A model generated the notes under the pieces. The model was given only the letters and a program-made list of their open reading frames with translations, was not told the origin of the DNA and ran no database searches. The position numbers and the translations under genes were made by a program. DNA of 59,997 nucleotides, filler included, from Asterionella formosa (lineage: Eukaryota): NCBI GenBank assembly GCA_002256025.1. It is 5 parts of 5 records of this genome, joined end to end, with 100 filler letters (N's around TTAATTAATTAA, not from the genome) between each part and the next. Parts side by side here need not be neighbours in the genome. Positions count along the whole stretch, not along the records: positions 1 to 11,933 come from NKIB01008041.1; positions 12,034 to 23,965 come from NKIB01008044.1; 3 more parts are not named here. One strand, given 5' to 3'. Positions 1-12,315 of the stretch are shown one piece after another (within the stretch, counting starts at the first letter, position 1; each line of letters begins with the position of its first letter).

Positions 1-612
1 GTACCAGGCAGAAAACAAAATGGTAGATCCAATTCATCACGTACCGCCCGACCTCAATCTATGCACTATCGGAATCCGTCATCCGTTTTACAATACCAGG
101 TACTGTACAAAAGTATGGAGAGCAGCGAGTCATTATTGTTAGGTTTTTCCGCACCTAAAATTCCAAGAACTGAAATGGAAGTTTACCTGTGTCTGTAGCC
201 TTGTACTAACATTTGTCTGTAGGACGAGAAAATATTCTCAATCGCCTCATTTCCTGAACTTTAGGTTCGGAATACCGGTACCGGTAACCTAAAATGACCC
301 TCAGGGACAGTTAAAATAACCTAAATTTAACCACCTTCTGGGACGTAATATTTTTAGATCCAATTCAGCTTTCGTCCAAATTAGAAACCGGTACTTCTCG
401 GCTCACTCCTGTGTATTTTTTTATTTTGTTTTGATACTACGATAGGGTGGAAATTCAGTGGCCACTGTTATCATCGTCTCAATGAAAGATACATGTATTA
501 TACACAGTCGTCAATCCAACGCCAAAGATATCCGAGGTCTGGATAACCACAGAAGCAACCTATTCTATCTTGACGAGCAGCCATAAAATAGAATTCTGTA
601 ACAGAAGTGTAA

Positions 613-2196
613 ATGGCTAAAATGTCGACGGAGCAAACAAAGAAAGAGCAACAAGATGCGCTGTTAAAGAAGTTGGAAGCAACGAGAAAGGAATGGGCGG
701 AAGATGAAGAAGACGAGACCGATAAGCTGTTGAACCAAGCCATTGAAATGTCTCTGGCACAAGGCAAAGGCTGGGCGCCAGGGGAGCGAGAAAAGTATTT
801 GAATCAAATCTTGGATGATGATTTTATTCCTCCTTTGTTCGCTGGAAACCAAGAGGAACTCGAGAGCTCTGGTATGAAGGAAGCATTTAGTAGTTTGATG
901 TACGACGAGCCTCCAGGGAGATTGATGCAACGATCAAAGCAAAAAGGAGCCGATGCTTTCAAGAACGGGAAGCAAAGCAAAGTCAAAAATATGCAATATT
1001 ACCGAGAAGCCGTCAATCACTACTATGAAGCTTTTTCCTTTGCACAAGGAATCAAACCTACTATCGATGGTGCGGCAATAACTCACGACGCAGACGAAGC
1101 TAGCTACTCTGAAGGAGAGTTGAACGAGATAAAATCAGTTTTACTTGCTAACGCAGCCATGGCGCACATGCAGTTAAAGAATTGGGGGTATGTCCGAATA
1201 GATGCAAAGAAAGCTCTGCTTTTTAACGATAAGAATGTCAAGGCATGGTACCGACTTGCCAAGGCAAACCAGATGTTGCAGGAATGGGAAGAAGCTGGCG
1301 ATGCTATTGAATCCGGATTGTCCATCGAACCTGACAACAAAGATTTTCTTCAACTACAAAAGCTTCTGGCAGAACAGGTCCGTAAGGCACGACAGGCGAG
1401 ACAGCTACGGGAGCGAAAGCGAGCCGAACGAGTGGCTCGAGTCAAGGAAGTTTGGAAATGGTGCAAAGAAAGCGAGATTCGGCTCGGACGAGTGCCTCTT
1501 GTAGCGACCGTTACTGATGACGACGATGAAGATGATGATGACGAATCCAGATGGCACAGCCACCTTCCTAACACGGGGCGTCTCCCAGAGATTATCAACG
1601 GAGAATGGGCATGGCCATGCATGTTTATTTATCCATCACATCATCAATCGGACTTTGTTGAACATATGGCCGAGAGCGAAATTCTTGCGCTTCGCATGGT
1701 GCAAATATTCCCAGAGTTGGAGGAGGGCGAAGAAACGATCATGCCATGGGATTTCAATAATGAGTTTTTCTGTAGCAATTTGGCAGTGTACATTGAAGTT
1801 CATTGTACGGAGGGAAAGGGTGCATTGGTACATCCTGAAAATGTGGAACTGCTTCCAGACCAGGCATCGACGATGAGATTTTATGAAGCATCGAGAGCTC
1901 TGAAGGGAGACGAAGGGATTGAAATGGCTAATGTGGCTCGAGCGGTAGAAAGAAAGCATTTATACAAGCAGCGAAAAACATGGAAGAAGATGCATGGAAG
2001 TCTATGGGCAAAGCCTGAACCCAATCCTATTGTTCGGATTCATCCTGCTATGACTCTTCGCGATGTCTTGATGGACAGCAGAACTGTGGTTCCGAACTTT
2101 CTTGTCACCTTCATCATTTTTCCTGAAGACCACTTGGCGCATGCAGCATACATAAAGGATCACAAGTGTTTAGGAGTCCTGGAGCCCAAAATTTAG
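613..2196 (+). CDS. TPR-domain Hsp70/Hsp90 co-chaperone of the CNS1/TTC4 family (527 aa, intronless)
   Basis: PPLF motif, then three TPRs (KQKGADAFK..., LLANAAMAHMQLKNWG..., NVKAWYRLAKA), a coiled coil, and a C-terminal WPCMFIYP..QSDFVE segment as in the TTC4/Cns1 wheel domain. Confidence 0.85.
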   Translation: MAKMSTEQTKKEQQDALLKKLEATRKEWAEDEEDETDKLLNQAIEMSLAQGKGWAPGEREKYLNQILDDDFIPPLFAGNQEELESSGMKEAFSSLMYDEPPGRLMQRSKQKGADAFKNGKQSKVKNMQYYREAVNHYYEAFSFAQGIKPTIDGAAITHDADEASYSEGELNEIKSVLLANAAMAHMQLKNWGYVRIDAKKALLFNDKNVKAWYRLAKANQMLQEWEEAGDAIESGLSIEPDNKDFLQLQKLLAEQVRKARQARQLRERKRAERVARVKEVWKWCKESEIRLGRVPLVATVTDDDDEDDDDESRWHSHLPNTGRLPEIINGEWAWPCMFIYPSHHQSDFVEHMAESEILALRMVQIFPELEEGEETIMPWDFNNEFFCSNLAVYIEVHCTEGKGALVHPENVELLPDQASTMRFYEASRALKGDEGIEMANVARAVERKHLYKQRKTWKKMHGSLWAKPEPNPIVRIHPAMTLRDVLMDSRTVVPNFLVTFIIFPEDHLAHAAYIKDHKCLGVLEPKI

Positions 2197-2308
2197 GCAA
2201 GCGAAGTCAGCACTCAATTACTAAAATTCTAATTCTTATGCTGTGAGACAATCCTTATTGATAACAGTTTTTTAGAATTTTTTGATTTGCTCGCCCAGAA
2301 TGGTAAAA

Positions 2309-4032
2309 TTAGAACTCCGGAGTGTATAAGAATCGAAGGATGAATGGCATCGACAATTGTGTCATGGTGAGGAAAAAAGGACCAACAAGTGGAATGGTCA
2401 TCATTTTGTCAAAGTCCACCAAAAGATCGCTTCCAAGCTGGGCCATCACCTGGATCAGGGTAGTCCGAGGAATTCTCTTTGTGTAATACTTTTTCAGTGC
2501 ACTTGCAATATCGTCGGTATGCTTCACAGTTGAAAGTTCTTCTGCCAATCTGTATCCATCCTCAGTGGCTTGACAGCCGCCCTGTCCCAAGTTGGGCATC
2601 ATTGGATGGGCAGCATCCCCACAAATTGCAACTTGGCCCCTGGTCCATCCCTTCGTTAAGAGTGGCTGACCGTCATACAGATCTCGTCTCTTGATATCTT
2701 TCTCTGGAGTGGCTCGGAACAGTTCATGAGCGAAATCATCCCAAACATCACCATTTTGGTCCCCAGGTTCCTCATTGTTGAATTCATTAAGAAGTCGTGT
2801 CAGCTTTGGTGTCGGGTTCTCTTCCGTTGGCTCCGGGTCAACGCCTCCAGCAGGCTCTCGAATGAGGGCGAACCACTGCTGCCTTTCTCCACCCCCGTCA
2901 GTGCTCACGAAGTACTTGTCCTTTCCCAACAAAATCTGGTAGCTAACGTCTTCAATATTGCTTGCTTTATGTTCGGTCAATGCAGCATAGCATGTAAATC
3001 CCGAGAATCTCCGGTTGGCTCCTGATGCCATTAAGACGCTGTCCTTGGCCATGCGTCTTGCTTCTGCTTCCGTAAGCGCTCCACCCGCTGCACCAGATGC
3101 TGCAGCGCCGTCGGCACCCTTATCCAAGTCATGCATGATGCGACGTACCGACGACCATATTCCATCGGCTCCAACTAGAACATCGCAATATGCCACAGAC
3201 CCGTCGGTGAGAGTAACCTAGATATAGGAGTGTGAGAAAACTTGAGTCACGTTATGAAGTCATGCGAAATCGGTTTACCTACCTTGATCCCCTTGCCTTC
3301 GCCAAGTTCTTCGTAGCTAGCGATTCTACTTTTAATTCTTACGGTTCCTTCTGGAATCCCATGAGTCATAAGAATCTGCTGAATGACTGGACGGTCAACC
3401 ACCACAGTAGCAGGAAGGCCAGCCTGAAGAGCCGGCTGGAGTGTGTCGAATCGTACCAGCCAGTCCCCTTTTTCATATTGCTTGCCTAACCCAGCAAAGA
3501 CTCCCTTTTTGTACCCAATCTTAAGTCCCGAAACTCTATCCGCCGTGACTGTTCCCGCCTTTTGAATCTCTTCAAAGACCTTTGGGTTGATCCGCTCCAG
3601 TGCTCGCAACGCATTCGACTGTATCTGGATCGGGCCTCCATATGGCGCATACTGCGATGCTTGTTCAAAAATGGCCACCTTCATTCCCTTGGAATGGCAT
3701 GCCGCGGCCGTGACCAAACCAGCCACGCCTCCTCCCGCTACAATGACGCGGAGAGGTTCTTCAGGGGTAATGGTGCGGTATGTGGGCGGCGTTCTCCACC
3801 ATTCGTCGCCAGTGGCAACGGAACAACCCTTGGCCGCCGCGGCATCCAGTGCGGCTTGTCGGAATCTTTCTCTGACCTGCTTGACTCGCTCGGGAGGTTC
3901 AGGTGTTCGAACGGGAGGTTCCATGAGGGTAGCGTGTAGCGCAGAAGTAGCAGTAATGGAGTGCCGATGGGACGACGGCACAAACGCGGCAGCGTTTGTT
4001 GATAACAGAAGGGCGAACGTCTTGACTTTCAT
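2309..4032 (-). CDS. ZEP1: Zeaxanthin epoxidase-family FAD monooxygenase, diatom ZEP1 type, plastid-targeted (~552 aa)
   Basis: Exons 4032-3283 and 3217-2309 joined by a 65-bp GT-AG intron (3282-3218) that keeps frame. Presequence ...NAAAFVP, FAD motif [47 protein letters not shown] and C-terminus FLYTPEF resemble Phaeodactylum ZEP1 as I recall it. Confidence 0.92.
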
Positions 4033-4936
4033 GTTGTATAACGCCTGAAGTTGTGTTTCAGTGTCGTTGGCGCTTGTTACTGTCCGTTTGCTTTGTTGAC
4101 TTGAATAGCCCAATCGACACTTTCTCTATGTTGCCTTTGTTTGGTATGTCAATATCGGAAAAGTGACACAATTCACTACCAGTAGATACATACACGTAAT
4201 ATAGAGTAATTTAGACATATCTCATATCGTATGTATATCTCACCACATCAAATGATTCAGAAATTCCTCCTGCTCTGCTGTGATCGATTTTCGAAACCAC
4301 GGCGTATAAAATGCATTGATTGATGACAAAGTTCAACTTGTCGATCTGATGGACAAGTGATGCTTCGCGTTTGTGTGTGTGTGTGTGCTGCTGTGTGGTT
4401 GTCTGTTCCAGTAGTAGTCGAAGCAGTCAAATCACTGCTAGTGACAGGGTATATAAGCTAAATTCTTAACCAATCATATGGCATGCTTGACAAATTGAAG
4501 TGGAAAGATTTGTCAGCTGTCGTTGCATGGAGTGTCCACCCAAGTTGAGGGAAAAGTGAAGGAAATCCATACATCCATCCTCCCGTCTTTGTCGTGCACA
4601 GGACGGTTTTGAGTCGACATCATCATCACAAGGGCGCTCCAATAGCGAGTACATGTATGTATAGTGAGAAAGCAACGAGCCACCACCGCCATCGACAGCT
4701 ACTCTCACCAGGTACATGAATACCAGATCATATGCTGCAGTAGTACAGAATTCCCCTACATTACAACTGCGCAACAGCATCATTCAACCCTTCCTGGCAA
4801 AGGAGGACAGATAGGAACACGAGCACATTCATCCATCTACCGGTAGACTGCTAGTGTCGAATCCAAAAGTTTGCATAGACATTGTTATTTCGATCCATCC
4901 AGTGAGAAAGCACAAGCAAGGTCAACGACAAGTAAA
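4033..4936. promoter_or_regulatory. Probable bidirectional promoter region between ZEP1 and VDL2
   Basis: About 900 bp between two divergent start codons, with a (TG)n tract near 4372-4387. The promoter role is inferred from gene geometry only. Confidence 0.5.
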
Positions 4937-6529
4937 ATGGTAACACCTACCAGAGTACGCGCATCGTATGCCGCCTCCGCGATTGTCATGGCAATGGCAG
5001 CCTCAAGCCTGCACAAGTCCAAAGCATTCACAACAACAATAACAACAGCTAAAGCGACCACACAACAATCGATTCACGCCCAACTATTTCAACGTCCAGT
5101 GGCGGCATCCAGCTCGACAAACGAGCCCTTCCTGCAGGCTGCCAAGTTCCTTTCGACCGTCGCTTGTACAGCTGCTCTTTCGGCCGCGTTCTTCTTTTCG
5201 GCGCCAGCTTTTGCAGAGGACGAGCTCATGGCCAAGTACGGAGGCAAGGGATTCGACTCCTCCCTCGTCGACCAAACGTGTCTCGTCGATAAGTGCTCGC
5301 TACAGGCAAAGGCATGTCTCGCTGACGACCCTTCCTGTCGAAAGGGACTGACTTGTACCGCCAAGTGCCTAGGGGATAACGCCTGTATCACGGGATGCAT
5401 GGCACGATACGGGGATGTCAATCTAGACAATTTGCTCAAGTGTACTATTGAGGATCACAACTGCATCAAGATTGCGATTCTAGACGGAGGCGCCGATGCC
5501 TTTGGGCAGGAACCACGAGCGCCGGCCCCGACTGTACAAAACTTCAATGTCAATACCATGGAAGGGACATGGTACAAAGTTGTTGGCTTCAACCCTAACT
5601 ACGATTGCTATGCCTGTCAACGAAATACATTCACGGCTCCGCAAAGTTCAATGGGGAATATCTTCTCCGCGAATGATAAGCTGCTGATGGATGTGGAATT
5701 CTCCATGCCTCACTTGTTACCAGATGGGTCACCGCCACCTCCCATGAATCAACGAGAAACGATCAGAAACGACGATGGGTTTATGATGGGATCACAATCT
5801 ATTGCAATGAACGACTATGAAACACACGAGACCATGATTTTCGATACTGTCACAAACCCACTTGACCGAGCAGCGACAGTGGTATTGGGCAAAGGAACGG
5901 ACCAAGAAGCTGTGTATTCGCGGACCGCGCATTCAGAAGGAGAAATGTTTGGTTTGAGTAAGTTTACGCAGTCCTCATAAATCGAGAAACTACTTCCATG
6001 TAACATATTCTCACTCCTTTCATCTCGCTCGCTCGACTAAACTATAGAATTTTGGGAGAATTGGTACATTCTTGGACAAAATGACCCGGGCGAGCCCGAG
6101 TTCAAGTTTGTCTACTACAACGGCAAGACACGCCAAAATACGTATTCTGGCGCGTTTGTCTACAGCCGCTCCCGTGCTCTCGCACCAGAATCCATGGCTC
6201 ATGTATATTCCATTGCCCAAGCTGCCGGAATGAACCCCGACCAGTTTTGCAAAATTCGCAATGGCTGCTTTACCGATGAGACGGTGGTTCGGCCATCTGC
6301 TCTGCGGGGGATCTTGGCGTCTACCAAGATTTCTCAATTCTTGGGAGTAGAGCCAGTCGCGGCCGAAGGCGTTGCAAAGCGAACCGTCACACAAGAACCA
6401 GTGAATCGACCGTGGTGGTTCGAAGTCGGCGATTACTTAGAAGATCCACATCGACACTTTAAAGCCATGGACAGTCAAAGACTACAAATGGAATGGCCAG
6501 AAGATGTGAAAGCTCGATCGCGAGAGTGA
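4937..6529 (+). CDS. VDL2: Violaxanthin de-epoxidase-like protein, VDL2 type (~500 aa)
   Basis: Exons 4937-5957 and 6048-6529 joined by a GT-AG intron, giving ...MFGLKFWENWY. Cys-rich VDE N-domain (CLVDKC..CLADDPSC..CTAKC..CITGC), lipocalin motif GTWYKVVGFNPNYDCYACQ, YSGAFVYSR, and a lumen-type APAFA signal. Position next to ZEP1 supports VDL2. Confidence 0.85.
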
Positions 6530-6861
6530 TACATCATCGAAAAATAAGCTACGAACCAGTAAAAATAGAGGACCGCTTGTGTAAAATATACATTCAACAG
6601 GCAGCTATCACCAATTGAGACGGATTACAGGGGAAACTCGTGTATTAAGACTATTCTGTGAATAGACAGGCTTTTTTGGCGGGCTTATCCCTCTTGGCTT
6701 GACTTTATTTTTCATTCTGAGCCTTTTGTAGTGTTTTTGTTTCGTCAACGTATGGTCTTATCTCATGCTGGCAGGTAAAGTGGGGCCCCCAACAAATGAT
6801 TAGCCACAGCAGCTATTCATACTTACATAAACTAGCCCAAACCATTTCTATCCCGTAATAT

Positions 6862-8547
6862 TTATCGTTGCTGGTTCCGTTGGTGTTCCTTTTGCCTGAG
6901 AATTGAATCTTCATGCGCTTTCATTTGACGCTCATGATGCACTTTTCGTTTCTGCTCTTCTCGTTCCTGTGCCTCCACATCGATTTCATTCATCAAAATT
7001 TCAGACCCATCGGTGACTCCAAAATATGCTAATGTATGATCATTGTCATCCAGGGGAGTTGGAAACGCTGCCCCTTTGTCAGTTACATGAAGAATTTGCA
7101 GGTCCACGTCGAGTCCATAGGCCCGGGCGCACAGAGCCTTGACCCGACCAATTGTTAATGTTGACGGCAATCTCTTCTGCATAGCATCCATGGAACAAGA
7201 CGATGCTGCCATCGACCGAATGGTAACATTGACAGCCTGTGCCATTGAATGGCCAACAGCACTCACGATATCTTGGTGTTGCTTCCTCAAGCCTTCATAC
7301 TGTGCATGATCACTAAAGACGTGTTCCTCTTCTTTCCAGACAAACTCTCTGGCCACATAGCTGACATATCGTCGCTCTGCATCGGTGCGCTCTTTCTTAT
7401 AAATCACAGTAGAATTCAACACTTGCAATGCTGGTAATCTAGCAATAGCGAGAAATCTTGCTTCGGCAGCTCCCATGGTGGATGTTAATGGTGTTTTTCG
7501 AAGCTTCAACGACGTCAGTGCAGGTAGGGGAAGCAAGACATCCAACTCGGGCCAAGCTTCAATATGTGTTCCAGTTAAACAAAGTGTCGTGAGAGAGTTG
7601 AAGCTTTTCTCCGGTGCTGGTTGAAGCGTAAGCATAGGGTTACAATCGAGTTGAAGCGTTTCTAGCATGGGTAGGTTTGAAAAGGGTCTCCAATCAGTCA
7701 ACTGACAATCGGAGCAGTCAAGGATCCTTAGTTGACTAAAACCAGAGAGTTCGGTATTCTTCATGTAAGATAAGTTGTTAGAGGCCAAGCATAGTTCTTG
7801 CAGATTCGGCATGCCTTGGTCAATTGAACGGATCGTCTGTGCGTCACTGATGCAGCAGTCGTGTAGATTCAGTGTATGCATCTGATAATTAGCGGGTCGC
7901 ATGTGAACCTTAACATTGTGTAGTTTGTTGGATGCTAGACTCAAGAATGTAAGTGAGGGAAAACTTTCTATGATCTTCCATACGATATCCCATTCAGTAA
8001 GCAAATTACCAGCTAGGTCCACTTCTTGAATATGTGCTACATCAGTCAATGGCCTTTCTCCCAATTTCGAAATCCCGAGACTGCGTAAAGAGATCTTGGG
8101 CAGCGTTTCCACTTGCTGGCGCGTTCTAATCTTGAGTTCTCCCAGAAGCTCAATTTCTTTTGGCTTTCCCGATGAGGTCCTAGCCGTATGAGGGAGTAGG
8201 TTGTTCGGGGCCACGAGAGGCGCTGCCATGTCCACATACCGTTCTTGGATCAGATCTTGTGCGAGCGCAACTCCAAAATCCATCTTGCTGATTCTGAGAA
8301 AAGATCCACCATTCGGTGGAGCTGAAAAGTATCGAATAAGTTCATTGGTAGCTCGACTTATGACACTGCCATCGTGTTTCCCTCTTGTTGGATCGTCCCA
8401 AATCACGCCTGCATATACCTCGCTGAGATTCTTTGCCGACGCGACAGGGCCAAGATAGACGACAGTGGCCAGAAATCCATCGCTGTCTCGTATTCTAGTC
8501 TTTCCTACTGTGATTTGGCTTGCAATGTCTTGTTTTTCTATCGCCAT
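6862..8547 (-). CDS. TBCE: Tubulin-folding cofactor E (CAP-Gly + LRR + ubiquitin-like domain)
   Basis: CAP-Gly GVIWDDPTRGKHDGS, several LxxLxLxxN repeats, ERTDAERRY motif, and C-terminal UBL (LDDNDHTLAYFGVTDGSEI). Likely start is MAIEK at 8547; the ORF is open to 8643. Confidence 0.9.
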   Translation of the reverse strand: MAIEKQDIASQITVGKTRIRDSDGFLATVVYLGPVASAKNLSEVYAGVIWDDPTRGKHDGSVISRATNELIRYFSAPPNGGSFLRISKMDFGVALAQDLIQERYVDMAAPLVAPNNLLPHTARTSSGKPKEIELLGELKIRTRQQVETLPKISLRSLGISKLGERPLTDVAHIQEVDLAGNLLTEWDIVWKIIESFPSLTFLSLASNKLHNVKVHMRPANYQMHTLNLHDCCISDAQTIRSIDQGMPNLQELCLASNNLSYMKNTELSGFSQLRILDCSDCQLTDWRPFSNLPMLETLQLDCNPMLTLQPAPEKSFNSLTTLCLTGTHIEAWPELDVLLPLPALTSLKLRKTPLTSTMGAAEARFLAIARLPALQVLNSTVIYKKERTDAERRYVSYVAREFVWKEEEHVFSDHAQYEGLRKQHQDIVSAVGHSMAQAVNVTIRSMAASSCSMDAMQKRLPSTLTIGRVKALCARAYGLDVDLQILHVTDKGAAFPTPLDDNDHTLAYFGVTDGSEILMNEIDVEAQEREEQKRKVHHERQMKAHEDSILRQKEHQRNQQR

Positions 8548-8913
8548 TTTGGTCCGCGTCCTTGACAAATGCAGTGACTTTGGTTGGGGCCATGAACGAA
8601 TATTTATGATGGATTTGAACAAGGTCAAAATGGATGCCATCATGTATGATTCCTATGTACGGATATATGGTGATATTAGGTAACTGGTACCAGGTACGGT
8701 ATATAAGTACGCGAACGGGGGTACCAGTAGTCTACCGGTAACGACCAGAGACTGTTGAGTACAACAAGTTAAATTACCAGCGTACCGGTATGGTACCTGG
8801 TACTGGTACCGATAGTTAGTGTTGGATTATGTTCAAAGGTAGCTACCGGTACATAACCGCGCATGAACAATGTTAACAGACACTTTTTCACATTCAAAGA
8901 TGACGAATAAAAC

Positions 8914-10893
8914 ATGTCTCGAACCGTTCGTCTCCAGTTGCTGCTGTCCTGTGAGGACTTACCTCGAATAAACGTGATGCGAAAGCCCCCAAATGCAGTG
9001 TGCTTTGTAGCCATTGTTACGGACAGCGGCTCGGTGATGGGAAGTCAACGTCATAGAATAGGAGTCACGGAAATGTGAGTATGAATACTTTCTTCGAATC
9101 TTGAAACACCGTCGTGCAAGGTGCAATAATGGTCAGGGAAACGAGACAACATCTCACATCATATCGCTTACCTATGAATTTCTGCACACACCAGTGTACC
9201 GCAGAGCTCTTGTCCAGAATTCACAAAAGTCATCATTTTGAATCATCGCCTCGGCACTGAAACGAAGATTGCCATTGACATTTTTCATTGCAAGAACGTT
9301 GAGGAGGAACCCCAGTGGGAGCTGAACAACTTTGTTCATCGTGGATTGCCACAAGGCAAGGGTATCGATTCTCTGGGAAGCTCCGTACTTGACGTGGAAG
9401 CGATCATGTCTCGGCCAGACTATTGTCTGACCGATACATTAGGCAAGGGAGGTAAGCTTCATGTTCGTGTTGAAGTTTCCAACGAGACAATGCAGCCTGG
9501 AAGTTTTAGGTTCCAATTTAGAGCACTAGAACTGCCGAATGTCAGAAGAAACTTCATGGATCGCCCTAATTTTTATTTGGAGATCAATCGAAAGCAGAAA
9601 GGGATATCCCAAGATATTTGGCACCCAGTGTATCGGACGAAAATGACTTCCTTGACATTACAACCTTTCTGGGAACTGGATTCATTAGATTTAGAAGTGC
9701 TTTGTAACCATGAGATACATCGTGAGCTTCGCCTCATGATTATGGATCTCGATGGTAGCAGCCGCAAGCAAGTGGGCTGGGTGGACACGACTCCTGATTC
9801 GCTGATCGATCACAAGGCGACCCATGGAAATGCTGACGACTCAAAAGCGTATTTCCTTACAAAAGGAATGGAAGGCCAAGTAATAAATAACAGGTTGGGT
9901 AAATTGATTGTGTTGGAAGCGGAATTGCTTTATCAGAGAGGAGGATCGATGTCAGATGCATATTGTATGCCGATTCCAGAAGCAATTGCCGTTGAAATCA
10001 TGCCAGCGCCCAGGCACAGCAAAACATTTGAAGGTATCATGGAGCGCGGTAGCCTGGATCTAATCGTTGCAATAGACTTCACGAAGAAGAATGGTAAGTG
10101 CCAGGACAATAAGATGATTTGAGCAGTAATCTCGTAATACTCACTTTGCACTTTAATGAAGGAAACGGTATAACGCCGGGAACTTCCCATTTTCGTGGAG
10201 TAGGTCTCAATGACTATCAATGGATTGCCAACACTCTGGGGGCTACTTTTGGATCATTTAGTAAGTCTCATGAGATTCCTGTTTACGGGTTTGGTGGCCA
10301 ATACCAAGGCCGAGATTATGATTTATTCCAGTGTGGCACTCAGCCGAAAGTTAGGGGTGTTTCTGGATTACTAGAAGCATACGACTACGTATTTTCTACA
10401 GGCATAGTATTTGGAGACCGTTGCAATTATGATAATGTTATCATGGCAGCGGCTTATGAATCCCAAAAGCAACTGGTAAGTCCCTATTTAATTTTTCAAA
10501 TCAATGTGAATCGCCAGCAAAGTGAACTTTCTAAAATCATCCATGGCTGCAAAGGATCTTGCTCTACAACAAGGCAAAATATCTTACAGCGTACTTCTCG
10601 TTTTGACTACCGGAACTGAGACGGATGTCTTGGCAGCAAAAGAAAAACTTGGGGTAGCAAGTAAATGCCCACTTAGTGTCCTATTCATAAGGATACAAAA
10701 CAGCGAAAGGCTCTCATTCGGTGATACCAAGATCCGCAATTACCTTCAGAACCAACATCATCGCTCATCGTGCCACTGCATAGATAGTATATTGTTCTCG
10801 GCGAGTCGTAACTCTCAAGCATTGTCAGTTGCTTGCCTGGAAAAAGTAAAAATCGATTTACTTCAATTTTTTAATTCCAGCACCATGCTTTGA
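8914..10893 (+). CDS. Copine-like protein (C2A-C2B-vWA), divergent (~570 aa)
   Basis: Four exons 8914-9074, 9195-10093, 10162-10475 and 10555-10893, with GT-AG introns that all keep frame. C2 motifs (LQLLLSCEDLP, IGVTEIV..CPEF; VYRTK..LQPFW) and copine vWA motifs (LIVAIDFT.NG, IPVYGFGG, YSVLLVLT). Confidence 0.75.
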
Positions 10894-11058
10894 ACCTCTT
10901 TCGCTTTTTAATTTCCAGATATACTGGCTGTTAGCTAATCTGAGAAACACTTGCTTAAAAAATTAAATCCCGGCTGACTTTGTTTACTACATGGGGAACT
11001 ACCTTTACGATAAAAGGGCCATCAACAAAGTTTTGACCAAGTCTAGCTTCGTGATCGC

Positions 11059-11525
11059 TCAACTTGGCCAGCCGTCATGCTTCTCAGGATTTGCCCAGTT
11101 AGGATGCAACTGGCCGTAATCTTTCTTAATGATAATGTTGTAATAATCTTGGACTGGCTCCTTGCAATTTTCGTAATGATTGACACCCTCCCTTCTGTAG
11201 CATTCCGCAACTCTCTGTCTGAGGATCTTGACTGTCTCGATGGCTATCTGTCGTTCACGAGCTCGTTGTTCCACAGCCTGAAGAAATTTGACTGGATCTT
11301 TTGCACGGCCGCGCTGAAAGAAAAGAAGCAGCCATCATGTCAGCGGTCCGTATGCATACATACATATGTACATTGGTAATAACAATTAGGACGAGCGCAT
11401 CATAAATGGAACATTCCATGGTCGAAAAATTTAGCCAAAATACTCACTTCTTGGCCTCGCTCTTCATGAGGGTAAGGATTGAGTTTCACATCCGAAACTG
11501 TGTGTTCATCGAACATGTCCGTCAT
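11059..11525 (-). CDS. NDUFB10: Mitochondrial complex I subunit NDUFB10/PDSW-like (~110 aa)
   Basis: Exons 11525-11448 and 11313-11059. KDPV...RERQIAIETVKILRQRVAECYRREGVNHYENC matches the PDSW pattern IE.AKILR..V..CYR.EGVNHY..C. Confidence 0.85.
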
Positions 11526-11933
11526 GGTGAATAATCTAGAGGAAGTCAAAGGACGAATGCAAAACGAGGACAAATGTAATACAGAACGGAGAAGGTGCAA
11601 TCAGGTACCAGGCACAAGGAAAGTTGTGAACAGGGGTGTGGACGGGCCATTTGTAGGAGTGTCCCGTTCAACAGAGCCATACATACGCAACCTTCCTGTG
11701 CAATATGATTACCAATCGTAGCTACGTAGAACAGTAGGATAGAGGATACCGTAGTTTGGACCAGGACCTGGACCAGGTACCACCAGCCTGGAACCAGGTA
11801 CCTGGTAGTTCAGTTCATTGTACATGTACCATCGTGGCCAGCACTGCAAGGGTGATGAAGGACAGGCACTGATCGATTGAGTAGTAAAGTGACGGACCAA
11901 AAGCGTCAGGCTGCGGCTAGGCCTAAACCAAAC

Positions 11934-12033
11934 NNNNNNNNNNNNNNNNNNNNNNNNNNNNNNNNNNNNNNNNNNNNTTAATTAATTAANNNNNNNNNNN
12001 NNNNNNNNNNNNNNNNNNNNNNNNNNNNNNNNN
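11934..12033. other. Artificial contig linker
   Basis: 44 N + TTAATTAATTAA (stop codons in all six frames) + 44 N. Confidence 0.99.
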
Positions 12034-12315
12034 CGATACTCATTGAGCCCAAGTAATCAATGCTCATCGAACCCAAATAGTCAATACTCATTGAGCCCAA
12101 ATAGTCAATACTCATCGAACCCAAATAGTCAATACTCATTGAGCCCAAATAGTCAATGCTCATCGAACCCAAATAGTCAATACTCATAGAACCCAAATAG
12201 TCAATACTCATGGAGCCCAAGTAATCAATACTCATGGAGCCCAAATAGTCAATACTCATCGAGCCCAAGTAATCAATACTCATTGAACCCAAATAGTCAA
12301 TACTCATTGAACCCG
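12034..12315 (-). repeat. 24-bp coding tandem repeat (SMSIDYLG)n, truncated by the contig end
   Basis: Unit TCNATGAGYATYGAYTAYTTGGGY; variation falls at synonymous positions. Confidence 0.97.
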
